Below are positions 13,374 to 13,420 of a DNA stretch of 13,420 nucleotides, in pieces. Position numbers and translations under genes: made by a program. Every line of letters starts with the position of its first letter. Position 1 is the first letter of the stretch. The stretch lies in IMG/VR virus record IMGVR_UViG_2695420863_000013. One strand, 5' to 3'. This stretch comes from a virus (lineage: Duplodnaviria; Heunggongvirae; Uroviricota; Caudoviricetes). The notes beneath the pieces were generated by a model. That model saw nothing but the letters and a program-made list of their open reading frames with translations, was not told where the DNA came from and made no database searches.

Positions 13374-13420
13374 ATGGATTTCGACACAATCATGGAAAAG
13401 GCTTACGAAGAATACTTCGA
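13374..13420 (+). CDS. Hypothetical protein, N-terminal fragment (continues beyond the right edge)
   Basis: ATG 13374 lies 1 nt after the preceding stop; reads MDFDTIMEKAYEEYF to the window edge. Confidence 0.35.
   Translation, partial: MDFDTIMEKAYEEYF

Noticed and set aside
1-13420. CRISPR array, insertion sequence, integrase or attachment site
   Set aside because: No regularly spaced identical repeats with unique spacers, no terminal inverted repeats flanking a transposase-like ORF, and no tyrosine or serine recombinase-like ORF were seen. The repeats found are explained by the tandem duplication, the hok cassettes and the iteron arrays.

Overview
The window is a segment of a lambdoid (Rac/Qin-like) prophage from an enterobacterial genome, with nearly all genes on the minus strand, so the phage early-right operon reads right to left. 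From high to low coordinates: a divergent immunity switch (RacR-like repressor on +, Cro/YdaS-like and YdaT-like on -), O-like and P-like replication genes with candidate origin iterons inside the O-like gene, and a nin-like accessory region. That region holds two hypothetical genes, a QueH-like gene, two hok toxin cassettes, and a tandemly duplicated [small protein + DUF968/HNH] module. It is followed by rusA, a Q-like antiterminator, a terminator, and an ileZ-argN-argO-type tRNA cluster (Ile-CAT, Arg-TCG, Arg-TCT) with its own promoter. The left end has a disrupted TerB-family gene and a partial gene. The most interesting item is an AT-rich two-gene operon at 5766-7500 (216-aa unknown protein + XRE-HTH/ImmA-IrrE zinc-peptidase fusion), bracketed by two copies of a repeated terminator hairpin; I propose it as a candidate toxin-antitoxin-like or anti-phage defense moron. 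All protein assignments come from reading motifs and from recalled family sequences; no database search was run. No integrase, att site, CRISPR array or IS element was seen.
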